Shown here piece by piece: positions 1 to 14,715 of a stretch of 64,000 bases of DNA (position 1 is its first letter; each line of letters opens with the position of its first letter). A program made the translations under genes and the position numbers. The stretch spans positions 103,725 to 167,724 of the forward strand of contig RBZT01000500.1 of the NCBI GenBank assembly GCA_003693705.1. The letters are read 5' to 3'. The notes beneath the pieces were generated by a model. It saw nothing but the letters and a program-made list of their open reading frames with translations, made no database searches and was not told the origin of the DNA. This DNA is from Polymyxa betae A26-41. Lineage: Eukaryota > Protista > Endomyxa: Phytomyxea.

Positions 1-208
1 CTTCAGGGACTGACTCTTGGACGCAGCCGATGTTTGCGCCATTTGTATGATGGAAATTCTTGAGGACGTTGAATCGCAGGTGGTTCCGGACGAAGGCAAC
101 ATCATGGTGACTCCCTGCTCACACAAATTTCACAGCGTCTGCTTGATAACGTGGATGGAGCAGAAGATGGAATGTCCCAATTGCAGGATGTCGCTGCCGC
201 CGATATGA
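1..208 (+). CDS. C-terminal RING-H2 exon of a Tul1/FLY-like E3 ubiquitin ligase (5' part outside window)
   Basis: CAIC...MVTPCSHKFHSVCLITWMEQKMECPNCRMSLPP* is a C3H2C3 RING at the extreme C-terminus, in Tul1-family style. Confidence 0.75.
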
Positions 209-268
209 CGAACAACATTTCATTTCCGTCTATCTATGCAGATCGCTTTCACGTAAAGCTATAATATA

Positions 269-1942
269 TTAATCAGACTTTATCGATTTACTATTCGGCG
301 TCCATATCACGAGCTCGCCATTGCTGTCGAGACATGGTGTCAGACGATGATGCAGGATGATATCAACAAGGACCAGACAGTTGGCCCAGAAGAACACCAG
401 GCTTGAGAGCCAGACAAGGAAGAACACCGGCCTAAACATGATCAAGATCCAAACCGACCCGCTCCAAATGCTTACTGAGCCTGCATCTCAAGCTGATACG
501 CCCAATACAACCAGAGGAGCTGGCCCGCAAACCAGGTTCCGATTAGGAATAGGCCGCGACGTATGGAGAGGCGTGTGGACGGCAACAGGAGCGGCATTAG
601 GCTGAACAGGAGCGGATCAGCACAACAGCAATTGACTGAAAGTAGAACTACCTCCAATACCAGATGAAATACTGAGCTGTTGAAACCTGGAAACAGATCA
701 GATGTGGATGGGACAGCGAACTCTCAATCAACCTTGTTGAACGTGACGAACAAGACGGTTTGGACGAAACAAGCGAACGGAAGATCGGTGCCGAAGCGCA
801 GCGCGGCGAACGCGACCGGCACCATTTGTGGCAGGAATGCGAGCAGCCCGCCCAACACCGATGATGGCGACATGAAGCTAATCGCGAACACAGGTCAGCA
901 CACCCGATGAGTCGACACCAGATGTCTCACCTCAAGTACATCGTGTAAAAGTAGGGCGAGAAATTATGGCGATTGTCGCGTCGTATCAGATGGTACAGAT
1001 ACGTCTCGTAGACAAACGTCCAACCATAGATGCGGTATAAAACAGCCAGTAGGCCCAGAAATACAGATGCCGAGACGATGAAGAACACGAACCTCGCAGA
1101 CCAGCGACTTTTCAGCCAACTCGACCGATGAACCGTATAGTTCGAGTTGAGGAACATCAAGATGGAGGACGAATACACAATCGGGTAGATCTTGAAATGG
1201 ACCGCCAACCCGAACCTTGACAAACCGGATTCAGGTGCAGCCAGTAACGCGATGCTGGCCCTTGCGACTCACATGATCGAACCCAGGATTAGATGATGGG
1301 TTAGGAATAGGTAGATAGTTAGGATCACCATGGCGCAGATCAAGACGTCGCCGTTCCCTGACGAAATGATACAGTTCGGCGATCATACAACAACAATCAC
1401 GCGAACCTCTCGTTGAAACAGTGAATGACATTGGATTGAATAGCCAGACGCAGGCGCATAACAGCGCCGTCTGCTTAGGGACGCCTCTCAGCACGACCAG
1501 CTTCTCAATTAATCGCCCGACGAATAGGTCCAAAGCAGCAAACAAGACTTTGCCGAATGAGAAATGGACGATGTGGCATGGAATCAGAACGAACGCCCTA
1601 CATTCGAACATGTCAACGATAAGAAACAGGACAGATTGAACCGAGGTCTAACAATAGTGGAGTATATCGATACGTATGACGCAGGAATGGCGATTCACCA
1701 TTCAGAACGTGTCGTGCTGCATCCATATAGACATAATAATCGACGTCGGTGAATGGGACTTCCACTAACCAGCAGGTTCATATCACAGCGAAGCAGTACT
1801 GAACCAATGGCCGCCTACAGTTGGCGTCCTGCCATTCGCCATACAGCAGGAATACAGCACGTAAAGCGGCGGCCAGCGTCCAGATCGCTGCCGATGACAC
1901 CTTGCGACCAAGAATCGGTTCCATCGACACCGTCGTCGCCAT
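269..1942 (-). CDS. PIGM: GPI mannosyltransferase I, multi-exon
   Basis: Spliced reading gives [81 protein letters not shown]. Confidence 0.93.
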
Positions 1943-2013
1943 CCCAAACCCGAGACTCTCAGGTCCGTGGTCGGCCGGTACTACCGCCTGATTTTGCAGG
2001 AAATGTTTATTTA

Positions 2014-5000
2014 TTAGTCAACGGCCGCCATAGCTTGTGCTGCGTTGATAATGAGTTTCTTGAGCTCGTCAATTCGTTGCAGAGGCAAATCGTGCAGCTT
2101 TGCAATTCGTATAACGGTTTGCGTAACGCTCTCCGGCGACAGGCCCAATGTCAGCATTTTGTGGGACGTATTCATGAGCCAGTTGGCTGTGTTCTCTTGG
2201 TGCTTGTTAACATTAGCGTCAGTCTTCAGCAGCGCAAACTCTGTAAATTTCTCCCAGAATGCCTCCTTCGTCCACATCGAGTGATCACGAATTACTGATT
2301 CGATGAAGATTTTCCCGCCAGAATAGTCTTCGCAAAAGAACCGCGTTGAAGCGTCCAGAACGCCTATACACGAATTATTATAACGTTAGATGATGACAAT
2401 TCGGAAATAATACTGGCTGCATTGACATAGTCTTCAACTTGGAGGCAGCATTCCAGCATCTGCTGAAGAGTGGCAGCTAGAGCAGCGAACGAAGAATCGG
2501 AAAGACATAGATCGGAACCTTTCACCAAGGGCTGCTTTAAGATTGAGGACAGACATGTCCTGGCTGACTCATGACGAAGCAGATGCGAAACCTGACGCTT
2601 TGTAAACTAATGACTTTGCTCCATGAAGACATTGCTTACTGAAAGAGCATCTTTCTCACTCAGTCCCTCATTTGAAAAGATTTGCGACATATAATACTGC
2701 ATCTGGTCGTGCTGGCCAGCAAGAGCATCTTGCTGTGGTCTGCACTCATTGATCAAAAGGACTGAAAGAACCCTAGTTGCGCCAAACCGTTTTTTGTGAA
2801 TTTTTCTTGTGCTGGCTGTCATCTTATTTTGGGCCGGCGCTAGAGGAACCCTTTGAACCGGATGCATCAAATCAAGACGAAGAGGCTTGATGAAGGCGTG
2901 TTCTGATTGTGACCACTTCGATTCGGGGACGGATTTTGGCAACTTCATCTGATAGCATTCGACCTTGCGACCTTCAATTTCGTGGATTTTCTCTGCGTGA
3001 AATAATGTTAGCAAAGCTCAAAATCGACTTAAGAGCATACCAAGAATTCGGGCATCGCCAGTGGCAAGAAAATCATTGTATAAAGAAGGTTCCGATTCTT
3101 GTTCAAGGAAGCCATCAAATGCTCTTGATTCGATGACTTTCGCCATGAATTCATATGATCCATCTTCCAAATTTTTCGATTTTAGGAATCCAGTTCCATT
3201 GAAGAACGGGACATCGTTAATAAAAAATAGGAACCGGCGAAATCCAGTCATCAGGTCAGCATGGAACATCAAAAATGCATTCATAACATCTTTGTCAAAT
3301 TTCGCTGACGGTGATTGGTTGTAGGGATCTTCTGATCCGAGTAAGACATAATCACGTTCGCTACTCCGCCTTTCCATGATTTCACCTAACCGAGTCCACA
3401 ATGCGCTTCCTAAACTAAGTCAATAAGGATTTTTAAAAATGGAATGCTTAATAACCAGCTTGTTGGGGCAGGCGAGGCAAAGGAGACGAGCAACGAATTA
3501 AATCGTGGTCGAGGTCCACGAGGACGATGTCGTTCAGGTCGGTGAATTGCGATAGATACTTCGTATGGACACCTTGAATGTATGGTTGTGGGCATTGATA
3601 GGCGTCCAGCATAAGTTCTGCCAGAACTGGAACATAGACGGATGACCATTGGAAGGGATAAAGCAATCTGAAGCTTTGTGAAAACAGTTCTAGTGTGTAT
3701 GGGAAAGTCTTACTGCAGCATAGTTTGACAGACAATCGTCAAGGCAGAGAGAGAATTCGAATGCAGTAGAATTCTCTGTTCAAACATCATGGCAGAGAAC
3801 ACGCCAAGAACAGAGTCCACAGTGAGAATATTGAAAAGTAAATTCAGTGGCAATCGCGAAATAAGCGGATCTCGCAGCGGCGATGCATAGAGCTCAATGG
3901 GGTCATTATTATCGTGAATAATCATCGAAACACCCATTTTATCTAAGAATAATTGTCAGAATCTAAAAGCCCAACAACAAAGCAAATAACCTGGAACGGG
4001 AAGAGGAAGTTCCATTGTGAATTGAGATATGAATCGTTCTACAGGAATATGATATGACTGAGAGGATGCTACCGAATACAGCTGCGACAAAATCTTCCTA
4101 TACGTTGCCAGGTGAGGATATTGAGAAACGATGCAGATCGCCTTTGGCGTATAGCTGATGGATTTTCAGTTAAAATCAATTGTCAAACAAATCGATACAG
4201 TTCTTTTCCACCGGTTTTGGCCGGGGCGTCCAATAACGCTGATATCGGCTGATCGAATTGCAGAAAAGTTAAGAAACATTTTCGTCCATCAGCGAATGTG
4301 ACGACTGCGAAATGCGATTTCGGTTGACGACGAGTCCAAGATAGCAGGATCCCAGTTGGGAAAGCCAATGACGTCCAAACGTCACTTACTGGACAATCTT
4401 TATAGTCTTCGCGAGGATATCTGTTACGCCTTTCAGTTGAAGGAAAGTAGAAAAGTCCATATATATGTAAGCCTAAGAACAAACAAGAAAGGTACTTAAC
4501 GAGACCTGTCAATAATTCCAGCAAATACTTGAGCTCGTCGTAAGATTGATTCGATCTGCGATTCATTCCAGTGCTGGAAGTCAACGTCACGAAATTCTTT
4601 GGGTGGGTGCACCCCGAACACTATAAAGTAGTCGATAGGTCGTGAGCACATCGCTCCTTGCTCGGAGCGTTCTGACGATTCCGACGCCTTTTCGGCTTGT
4701 TTCGATTCGCGCTCAGCAGTAATCCTCCGAAGCTGTTTGATCTTCTTCACAGCCTCTCTCCATCGAAGCCGGATCTAATTAGTATTCAAAACCTCACACC
4801 GATCCAGGAAAACACCAGAACCTGAGCGCGACTTAACGAATAACTAAGGTTGGAGATGTCATTCAAGTCGGGATCGACTCCTAGACCGTTTGGAGACAAT
4901 TTCCTCAGAGGTGATGGCTCGAGATTCTTTGCATCGCCGAGGTTTGTATCGAGAATTGGCAAAGTATCCATTAGAATAACAGACCCGCGCCTGCTCATGG

Positions 5001-5424
5001 AAGAATGTTTCGTGACCGAACGGCGACGAGGACTGGTTAATTCATCAAGCTTAGTCTGGTCGTTTAGCTTACGAAGTGATTCAGCATCGACAATCAGCGA
5101 CCTATGTCGGCTTTGTGGTCCCGAATGATGACTTTTCGGCGTCAGCTTCGTTTCACTTATGTTCATATTGCTGAAATCGATGGACAGCTGTCGAGAGCTA
5201 ACAGGCTCTTGAACAGAAGCTGACAGCGACAGCCTAGATCGAGTTTTTTTGTCATGCCAGCGAATAAATGAGACATGAAGCGCCCGCTGGCGCAGCGACC
5301 GAAGAATCCCAGCCGCCCGACAAAGTGTGATGATTTGCTGGACGCTGAGCTGACGTCCTCCAATCTCTTTCTCATTGGTCGTTTGGGCGGCGGAAATCAC
5401 CAGGCCAACGGCCGTGGCTTTCAT
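2014..5424 (-). CDS. DENN-domain protein (Rab GEF), multi-exon; start uncertain
   Basis: uDENN (IDYFIVFG, RYPREDYKDCP..FPTG), cDENN (EQRILLHS..LLYPFQWSSVYVPVL..CPQPYIQGVH..VLVDLD), dDENN (AFLMFHADLMTGFRRF..SRAFDGFLE). Confidence 0.85.
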
Positions 5425-5979
5425 GATGGCCCGCTTGGGTCAAACCTGTTCACACGACACGTGCCACAATGATTAAGATATTATCTTAGCAAGGCATTAT
5501 TCGTCTATCTGGAATCGCCTATCGCTGCCTGCCGATCATTTGAAATGGACTCTGGAAGTGGCCTGCTACCTCATCAAAGGAGCGACACATGTTTCATGTT
5601 ACCAAAGTATGGATGCGGCCTCCCTGCATTTGTCATCTGTTCATCCCATTTCTGCAGTGGCAAGCGCAAATAGCGATTTTACCTGCGAGAAAACACAAAG
5701 TCTCATATGATCGCTTGGCCGTCAGCGATCGTTGAAGTGGGTTTCGAGCAACCATGCAAATGAGTTATCGTGACTGTCCTGAGCTGAATCAAAATTCGAC
5801 CTTACGTCTGCTCTTTCAAACATTAAATGTCAGAACAAATTGCATATTGCTGGCTTATCAGGCATCTGTGTTGCTTATAATTAACCCATCAAATTGATAA
5901 GTGTATCCGTCAAAGCAGGGCGATTCACGGTTACGATTAATAGCAGTGATTCTGTATTATTAAAATACGGATATGAGAA

Positions 5980-8900
5980 TTAAACCATTAAATAAAGGTC
6001 GTAACGAGCGTAGGTATTGTGCTCATCATCTGGTAGCCTTGGATACGCGGGAATCAATGCGTCTTGTGAGCCGATGTACAAAGCATTGTACATCTTCCAA
6101 TATATATTACGCACCCTTCGTGCAGGATGCCAAAGACCCTAATGTAAGTGAGCGTTGCAGGTTCAAGCAGAGACCAACACTTGACAGACCTGAAATAGAT
6201 AAAGCAATATGATGGTTGGGCCAAGAGCAACACGTAGTCCATCAACAGCATCAGTGACAGCGTTAATCACGTGAGGAGACGTCTCGAAAATGTTAGGCCA
6301 TAGAATATTGAGAAGGTGATGTAAAGGTTCTTCACAGCCTAATCCAGGGACACCCAAAGCCATGTGCTTTACACATGATGCTGCTGTCTGCAAGCAAATG
6401 TAAACATTCAATCAGGATAAAGCCATTAATTCGAATACCTGTCTGTGAACCAGATCCCGATCCATAAGAGCATCCTCGAGTAAAGGCGTTACAGCATGAA
6501 TATAATCTTTGCCCATCTCTCCGATATATTCGAAAAGGAAAGATAGCGATTTCAGCACACCATTTTGCACATTTAGTTCTGGGACGCGATATTCGTTCAT
6601 CAAAGCCGGAAGAACAGTGAACGGTGCACAGGTTTCGGCAACAATGGCGATAGCAACCGTCGTACATACACGATTCTGTCGCTCTTGAACCTAACAGATT
6701 TAGTCAGGGAAAACATCGACACCAAATGCGAAATCATCACCTTAAGATTGTTCAGCAGAGTAACCAAGACGTCTTGGGGACCGATCGCCTTAGCGATATA
6801 ACCGAAAGTGTTTACAGTGGCACGTCGAATTCCCTTTTTATGGGCTTTCAACATTTCCAGCAGCTCGAAACAAATCCTCATCCATTCACGAGGACTGACG
6901 AATTCGGCACCACGATCGGCAATACGGCCGACAAGATCGATACAATTTTCTTGTACCTAAACAATTTAAAACGCTAGAAAGGGATGCAGATATTACCGCG
7001 AACCTTTTCATGACGGTTTTTCAAGACTGGAGTCAGGCGAGGCAAAAGGTCCTTAATCGGTGGCGTCATCTTGGTCATACCAATAACATTAACAATAGCT
7101 TTCAGAGCACCCAAGATGGATCCTGAGAACATGTAAAACACAGCACCAGATATTCAATTATGATAGTACCTAAAACTTCGGGGTATTCTTCACCAAGATA
7201 TTCGTAAAGAATGACACCAAGATGCCCAAGTAAGGGCTCGGCACCGCATTTGACAATGACGACAGCAATACGGGAAATTAGATCGGCAGACTGTTGACGA
7301 ACTCGCGCCGATTTGTTATTCAGACGCCATTTGATGATACCACAAACTTGGGCAAGATAAGGCTGCATTCGCAATCCAAGAGCGTTGACAACCACCCCGA
7401 ATCCATTCAACATGACCTAAACACTTAAGTGAACTGGCATCGCATGATAACCGAGGGATTACTTGTGAATCATCGGTCTGCTGCTCCTGGAAGGCAAATA
7501 GAAGACCATCGATAAGTTGCTCTTCCAGTTTCTGATCGATGTCGGCGGCACCAAGTTCTGAAAGAATCTGTTCGATCGTCTCCATCACCATTTTGCGGTA
7601 AAATTCGTTATCGTCCTAAGAGAATAATTACAATTGGATATTCACAGAAAAACAGAAACAAAACACTGACCTTGAGGTCGTCAACGATTCGAGCGACAAT
7701 GTCGCGGCCACCGACTTTGCAAGCCAACGAGACGGTGGTCTCTACAAGCTGTTTATAGTTCCTGCGATCCAGTGCCATTCGTCGAATCCCTGTAACAAGA
7801 ATCAGAACCTAAACAACAAAGCGAAGCGCATCTGTGGCTGACAAAAGTTTCGGAAGAATTCAGGCAGGATCTCATTTTTTACATAATCAACCTCGACTCC
7901 TTCCGTTGTAACACATTGTTTGACCACCTTCAGAACAATCTTTTTCATTTCTTCATCGGGCGAGGCGAATTCCCGGATAAGAGTCTACACATAGCATCAA
8001 TATCGTCGAGCAATCAGTTCAGGTTGAGCAATAACGGGCTCGTACCTTCATGACATTCTGAGTATAAAAGTGTGCATATTTGGCGTCCATCAGAGGGATA
8101 ATGAAACCGATGGCTTTCAAGAACGACGCTAGCGTTTTGCCACGATGCTGCGAAATGCCTTTCCATAACGGCTGCAAAACGGGATCGAAAGATTCAATAC
8201 CGTAGGGGGCGGCTGCTTCGGCCAGTGCTGCAAGTGATAAAGCTGTAATAGTCCGCACCTGAAAGACACATTAAAGAGCACGAATTTAGGTTAAAAAGCT
8301 CAAACCTTTTGCTGTTCATCATCAAGACCATGCGCTATGATCTCTACCAAACTGGTCAGCTGTGGCAATACAGCACATCCCATCAGAATAGCGATCTGCT
8401 GCACGATTTTGATACCGGTATGGCGAGCTTGCCACGATTTCTTTGATTGACAGACGGCTTTTAAAAACGGCAGAAGCGATGGGATGCCAAGCGCTGACGC
8501 TACAACTGAAAATCTGTGCAAATTAGCAAAGGAACGGGATGATGAACAGAATGTCTTACGCTCGAGCGGTGGTGTTTCGAACGTATTCATCGACATTGTC
8601 AATATCGGGTCGCATCGTGGCGATCATGGTTGCAAGACCAGCTGCTTTTGCCAAATTCGAGATAATTTCACGACCTTCGACACGGGCATAATAATCTTCG
8701 TCGATTAACAACGGCTCGATAACGACCAAAATTTTGTGAACATATGGTCGAACGAGATCGTCGAGCTTGAACAAAACACGATCGATAACCTCGAGAAGAG
8801 TTCAGACCGATGCCGACTGCATTTACAGGAAAGTAAACGGACCTTGACAAGTAAATGTCTTTCTTGATCTTCAAGCGTCGGAGACATCAGCAACGGCAGA

Positions 8901-10327
8901 ATTTGATTGAACAAAGGCCCCGGGCCGAACTCTCGAGCTTTGTCTGTGATTTGACGGAGAGCAGTCTTTCGCTGCGGTGGAGTCCCGTTCTTCACTTTAA
9001 GAAGCAGTTTCATGATTGTCCTGGACAAAATTGTCATGTATCTGATGAACCAGAAAAAAGGAAGACGAACCTTTCTTTCTGCGCTATTTTATCAGTGACT
9101 TCTTCGTCTTTCTGATCCAGTAATTTCCCAAAGAATTGGTAATCTTCTGCTTTTACGAACGGCAACTCTGGATCTTCAGAGGATCCCTGAGAAAACGATG
9201 GTCAGAGTAACCTCTAACTAATGTCAGCAAATGATCCTACAACTATAGGCTGGACACCATGCAAATCTTTTGACTCTTGCTGGATCATAAATCCGCCCGC
9301 AGCACCCGCTGCACCAAACGGCGTCGGTGTCGCCAGCAACCGTCTGCCAGGTGTTCGAACTGGAGCATAACCTGGAGGAGGTGGCACGATCTGAACATCA
9401 TCTTGAGTTAAGATTTGCACGATCATAAAGCTCCCAGACCTCGTAACCGGTCTCTGGGAACATTTCGTCCAGCTCGGCATCAGTTAATTCACGATTACGG
9501 TATTCCATTTCATTTTGATAGCGAGTCATATTCGCTTGCTCAGGCGTCATGGGGACACCCGCCAGCTGCGAGGGCAACTTACCTGATACAGAATGAAAAT
9601 CTGAGACAAACTTTGACGAAATTCGAAAAATACCCATCATGAGTGGAGTCTGGGCCGGCGTAGCGCCATCGAAATGTTTCGGTGTCTGGTCCCATCGCGA
9701 GCGCCGTGATGGAGTCGGTGTCGCCCCGATATCACCACTACCGATGTGTTTAGGGGTTTCGTCCCAGGCGCTGGTCGACTGGCTGTGGTCCTCCATATCC
9801 TCGCGTACAGGAGTCGCGTCCCAGCGGGAGCGTCGCGGTTCTGAGGAAAGTGATTCCGGGGCCTCAGCATCGCCGTCGTCATCCCAGCGACGACGGCGTT
9901 GTTTTTTCGCCTGAACCGCTTCGGCAGCGGTTTTTTCGGCTTCTTCCCGAAGCTCATCGGTTTCCTTCATGACCTCGGCGAAGCTGCGCCCAGCGCCGTT
10001 CGAATCGTCTGCGAATTCGTCTCGACGTTCGGGCGAGATAATTCTCTGCAAGCGCCGAGCATGGTAAGCGCTCTCTCGCTCGGCGATATTTTTCCGCATA
10101 CGTCCTTCGAACGGATTCACATCGTCACCATCCATTTCAGCGGCTTCCTGAAATGCTTCACGTTGCTGTTCGTATGCGCTAGCGGCGCGCTGCGCCAACG
10201 TGCTATCATCAGCGAAATCATCGTCGTCTGCAATATGTTCATCATCCATGACAACATCGATCTCGGTGTCATAAAGATCGGCATTCGGCTTCAGACGGCT
10301 GGGGCCGTCGTGCACTTGGTCGGTCAT
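5980..10327 (-). CDS. SF3B1: Splicing factor 3B subunit 1, multi-exon
   Basis: RWDATP/RWDQTP repeats, [49 protein letters not shown], last exon [10 protein letters not shown]. Confidence 0.98.
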
Positions 10328-10885
10328 GATGGCCTCAAGTTACGCCCAGGACTAACCTCTCGATTTGGATAATAACCAATCAAAGAAGCCGCGAGCGAGC
10401 CGATTGCGATCTTGGACAGAGCGTGGCCTCCACTCATTGTGAAAATAAACAGCGTTAACTTCGGACTTCGGCACACGAAATTTCTTTCTAGTTTTCATGC
10501 TTGGGATGTTGTGCAGGTGTTCCGTCATTGGTTGGCAGTTTTGAATGTCTGACGGATTCGACAGAAAAATTCCCTGTAGCAATTGATTCTTTGCGGCGTC
10601 TTCGGTTTCCGCTCATTTTCATGGTAGAAATCCATCTCTGTTGCTCCTATTATCATACTCCACTCGACTGTCGCCATCAATGTAAAAAGTTATCGATGCC
10701 ATGGCTTGCTACGGGAACATCGTAGCTTTCGCGGTCTCAGTCTGGCTCGGGGTAAGTCCATATGGGTTTCTTTTAGAAATTCCGAAATTGTCGTTTTGGA
10801 TGTTCCACTATAATCGAAATATGCTCCGAAAAGTTCTGTCGCTGAAATCAAGGAGTTATTTATGAGTTTAAATACGATAAGTTAA

Positions 10886-11617
10886 CTATTCATCACATGT
10901 TTCGGCCTCGTTGTCATAATGATTCACAATCGGAATCGACCGACGAATCAGCCTGGAGAAAGGCATCGCTGCAATTGAATCCGGCATTGTTGCCGGTGGC
11001 AAAACGGCGGACGCTGGCGGCGTTGTGGCATAACCAGGGGGCGGCTGCGTCGTGGAATAGGACGGTAATGGAGTCGTCGTGCTGGCCGGCGCTGGCGTCG
11101 TGCTGTTTGTACTGTTTGCCGTGGGCGCCAACGTGGTGGTATTGCCCGACGACTTTCCATAATGACATACCCAGACCTGCATAACGCTCTGTCCTGAGAC
11201 TTGACTTGATGGGCAATTGATGGCGGTTGCGCACCCCAACGCCCCAATTGAGTTTGAGACTATTTCCTGGTAATGGCCACATTGCTTTCCAGGGTTGCAG
11301 ACACCATTGACAAGGTCGGCTTTCTCGGCGATCCAGGCAGCGACGACGGCGCTGCCGTTCATGGTCGGCCATCCCCAGCCGAGATTTTCAGCAGCGCCTT
11401 TTCGTAGGTCGTCTGAGGAGTGCCCATTCGGGCAGGTGTTCGCCCATTGTGTGGCGGATCCTTCTAAACCGGCGTCCCAGACGAGTGCACCCAGACTGGA
11501 GAGGGAACGTTCGTCGTTGTGCATCTTCAGCAACACGCTGACGTCTTCTGGGCCCAGATTGGCCAAAGAAATCGAAAACAACAGAATCGTGATTGGGATT
11601 AGAGCTTTGATCGACAT
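10886..11617 (-). CDS. Secreted CAP/SCP/PR-1 protein with Thr/Pro/Ser-rich tail, intronless
   Basis: Signal peptide MSIKALIPITILLFSISLA; HN..R, WD..L..A..WA..C, ENL, W..EK, CGHY, GCA, VCHY. Confidence 0.9.
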   Translation of the reverse strand: MSIKALIPITILLFSISLANLGPEDVSVLLKMHNDERSLSSLGALVWDAGLEGSATQWANTCPNGHSSDDLRKGAAENLGWGWPTMNGSAVVAAWIAEKADLVNGVCNPGKQCGHYQEIVSNSIGALGCATAINCPSSQVSGQSVMQVWVCHYGKSSGNTTTLAPTANSTNSTTPAPASTTTPLPSYSTTQPPPGYATTPPASAVLPPATMPDSIAAMPFSRLIRRSIPIVNHYDNEAETCDE

Positions 11618-11718
11618 ATTAGGGATATAAGTCGGGATGCTAAACAATAATAGATACCCGGTTATAGAAATAATTAAGTATGGCTCAAGTGGGTCAATGG
11701 GCCATGGTCCCCATGACT

Positions 11719-11741
11719 TGACTCATACTGAGTTTGAGTCA
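11719..11741. promoter_or_regulatory. Two TGA(C/G)TCA (AP-1/GCN4-type) sites upstream of the CAP gene
   Basis: TGACTCA 11719-11725 and TGAGTCA 11735-11741, about 100-125 bp before ATG 11617. Confidence 0.6.
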
Positions 11742-11892
11742 TTGGTCGAGAGGTGACTATGTTGGCTGCTCTGGACACTCGAAATGGTCGGAAAATTTCA
11801 GTTAACATTTAGCATTAATTGTCAGCGCTGGTGTCACATCAATTGCATTCTAGCAATGCAGTATCGGAAAAGGAGTCCAAAACGTATTTTTA

Positions 11893-14715
11893 TTATACAA
11901 ACGACTCTTTTTTGGCAGCGATCGCCATGATCGATTCCAGCTTGGCAATCTCCTGCTCTTTCTTGATATCTTTAACGGTCTTGGCAGAAATACGGCGTAA
12001 GTTAGGTGATAGCTTCAACGACATAACGCTGCCGCGATCATCACCGACTAATACAATCGGTTCGACCATATTGAAAACTACATGTGTTAATTTTCCCTTT
12101 TTCACGAGCCTTTGCTGTCCAATTGCTTCGTTTTTGTTGACATTGAGATCGAAGAGGAATATCTGGTAGCAATGACAGCAATCAGAGCCAGAACGATTAC
12201 GAGTCCGGTTGAAAGCACCAAACCTTTCCTTCCGAAGTCACGGCAACGAAGACTGTTGAAGAGTACGGCGCCCAAGCAATATCCCCAACAGGCGATCCGA
12301 GATCAAACGTTAGAAGGGGCTCGGAGTTGCTTGATTCCCAGAGACGGACAGTCCAATCTGCCGAACACGACAAGAATACACCCCTATGATATGGGTTCCA
12401 TTTCACAGCATATCTGAGAACCAAATGTTAATAATAAGGTCAGCCTTTCACGGGTTACATACACAGCCATATGGTGACCGGCGAACGTATTTAGGTACTG
12501 AGAATTGTATGCTTTAGAGCAGGTGTGAATGGACCCTAGGTCGTGTTCAGTAGGCTTAGGAGAGAGAGAGGAAAACAAAAAAAACGAGAGGAAACCGAGT
12601 ACTGGAGCAGACCGGAAACAGATTTTAATGATTACCTTCGTCTGTCCCAATGACGAATAAGTGCTCAGCAAATGGATTGAAATCGAAACAGGTTCCACTA
12701 GCTAATCCGCCAATGGCTCTATAAAAACGTCAGCTTTAGCAGTTCCATTACTGAAAACGATTACCTCTCGTCGTCAAAGACCTGGCCAGCCCCTGCCTTC
12801 CTCGAAATCAACTTCAACTGCATGATCTGGTTTATGGATATCAGAAGAATCAATGCGCTTGGGATAAGCAAACAACCTCTTCGTTAATTAGCTCATTCTT
12901 ACTCATTAACCAATCAGTAACTCGCCCGTCCGACGAGATCGAAAAGAAGTTAATCTCTTTGCCGATATCGTCATCGGAATTTTGCCAATAGACGCCCCAA
13001 ACTGGATCAGTATGCTTAACTTTCGGATCTAAGCTCTATTACAAACACAATTGATGCCACCATGTTCAATGAAGGCTTTCCAAGCACCTGGTAAATTGGA
13101 CGGTTCTCTCTCGACCGAATGTCGTAAACGCATACGGATCCATCGTAAAGCCTTACACGAAACTTATACACAGAAAATTTAAAGCATGGTCGTAAGATTT
13201 TACCCGACAGCAAGTAACGCCGGATGTTGCGGGTGGAATGCGATACACACGACACCCGAGGTCGTAGTGAAACTGAATTCAGGATGTGACGGATTCTTCA
13301 GCGTGTAGCAGCAGATCACGCCGCTGCCTTGTTGCGACATGAAATCGTAGGACCCATAAGCAACCGCAAACAGATCCGGATAGTGCATGTTCCATTTGAT
13401 ATCGGTCACAGTCTTACGCTTGGTTTTGGCATACGAGAACTTCCATAGCGCTGAAAACGACCCAACGCCATCGTCGCGCGCCTTATCTTTGTCTAGCTCC
13501 TCTTCCAGATATTTGAAATCGTAAAAGATTTCCTCATCGGCGTTTAGGCTCACAATCCGTTCCATCAGCTTCACAGCTCGCGCCATATTCGGTCCATTCA
13601 TTACCTCATTATAAATTTTAGTTGCAATTGTGATGGTAAGGAGTGAATATTGTACCTTGTGTGAAATATCATCGCGTTTATCAACATCAGCTAATATTAA
13701 GTCATTGACGGGATCACCCTCATTTTCGCTTCGCTGCTTTCGCGTTGTTGTCTTTGATCACTTCTCAATAGTCGAAAGTGACACAGAAAATGCAAAAGTC
13801 ACCTGATCTTTCTGAGCTTTGGCTTCTTTTCCTTCACGGAATGCAGCCAGGTAGGCATCGAATAGAATATATTGAGTGCACAGGCCGTTCAAAGATGCTG
13901 TAGGTGGCGGTTCGGTTGCCACCATTCGATCCCTATCCATGTTTCAGGGTTTGGATATATTTCTACAAGTGATCGACCTGGAAGGATTGTTGAAAGTTTG
14001 CGAAGCTCGCTCTGAGAAGTTGAACTGATTCTTCAAAGCTTTCGATCTCTGAGTGTTAGGGCTATCAGGAGGCACTGGAGCAGCTTGTTGAATTGCCGTC
14101 AAAGGCGCCCCTTCTTCTTCCGCCTTGGTCTAATAAATTGCTCATTAATTATCATAACAAAAGGCGTCGCAAATCAATTACCTCTGAATTTGCATCGGGA
14201 GCCGCTGCACCACCATTTTCATGGCCCTAATTGATCAGCGTTGAGCTCATAATTCTTCAAAAATAACATGAGTTACAGGTGCTGCGGGAGATGGTAAGGA
14301 TTCGGAAGTCTCTTCCGATTGCTGATGGGTCGGATTGCCAACATAGTTTAGGTTATCGTCCATGGAAAACAGCACATTGATATGGTCGGTTGGGGGCATT
14401 GGCTGAAACTGGCCTGAAGCGAAATCGAAGAGAATCAGATTAGCGGGCGCTTGGGGATTGTTTGCGTTCAGAGCTTTGGTGAACTCTTCGTTGAGTTGCT
14501 CCTCAGTGAGGCCTTTGATTTGGTCGTCAGAAACCATATGCACCTCGATAGGTTCGAGATCTGCCACTTCGGACATGGCGTCTTCCTCGACTGGAATATC
14601 CTCATCTTTACGTGGCTGATGAGAACGATCAGCATCGAGGTGACAGATTCTTTCAACCGACCTTCTCTACTTTCTCTTTTTTTTTCGCTTTTGGGGCTGG
14701 AGAAGTGGCTACCAT
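11893..14715 (-). CDS. DNAI1: Axonemal outer-arm dynein intermediate chain (DNAI1/IC1-like, WD40), multi-exon
   Basis: [83 protein letters not shown]. Confidence 0.93.
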
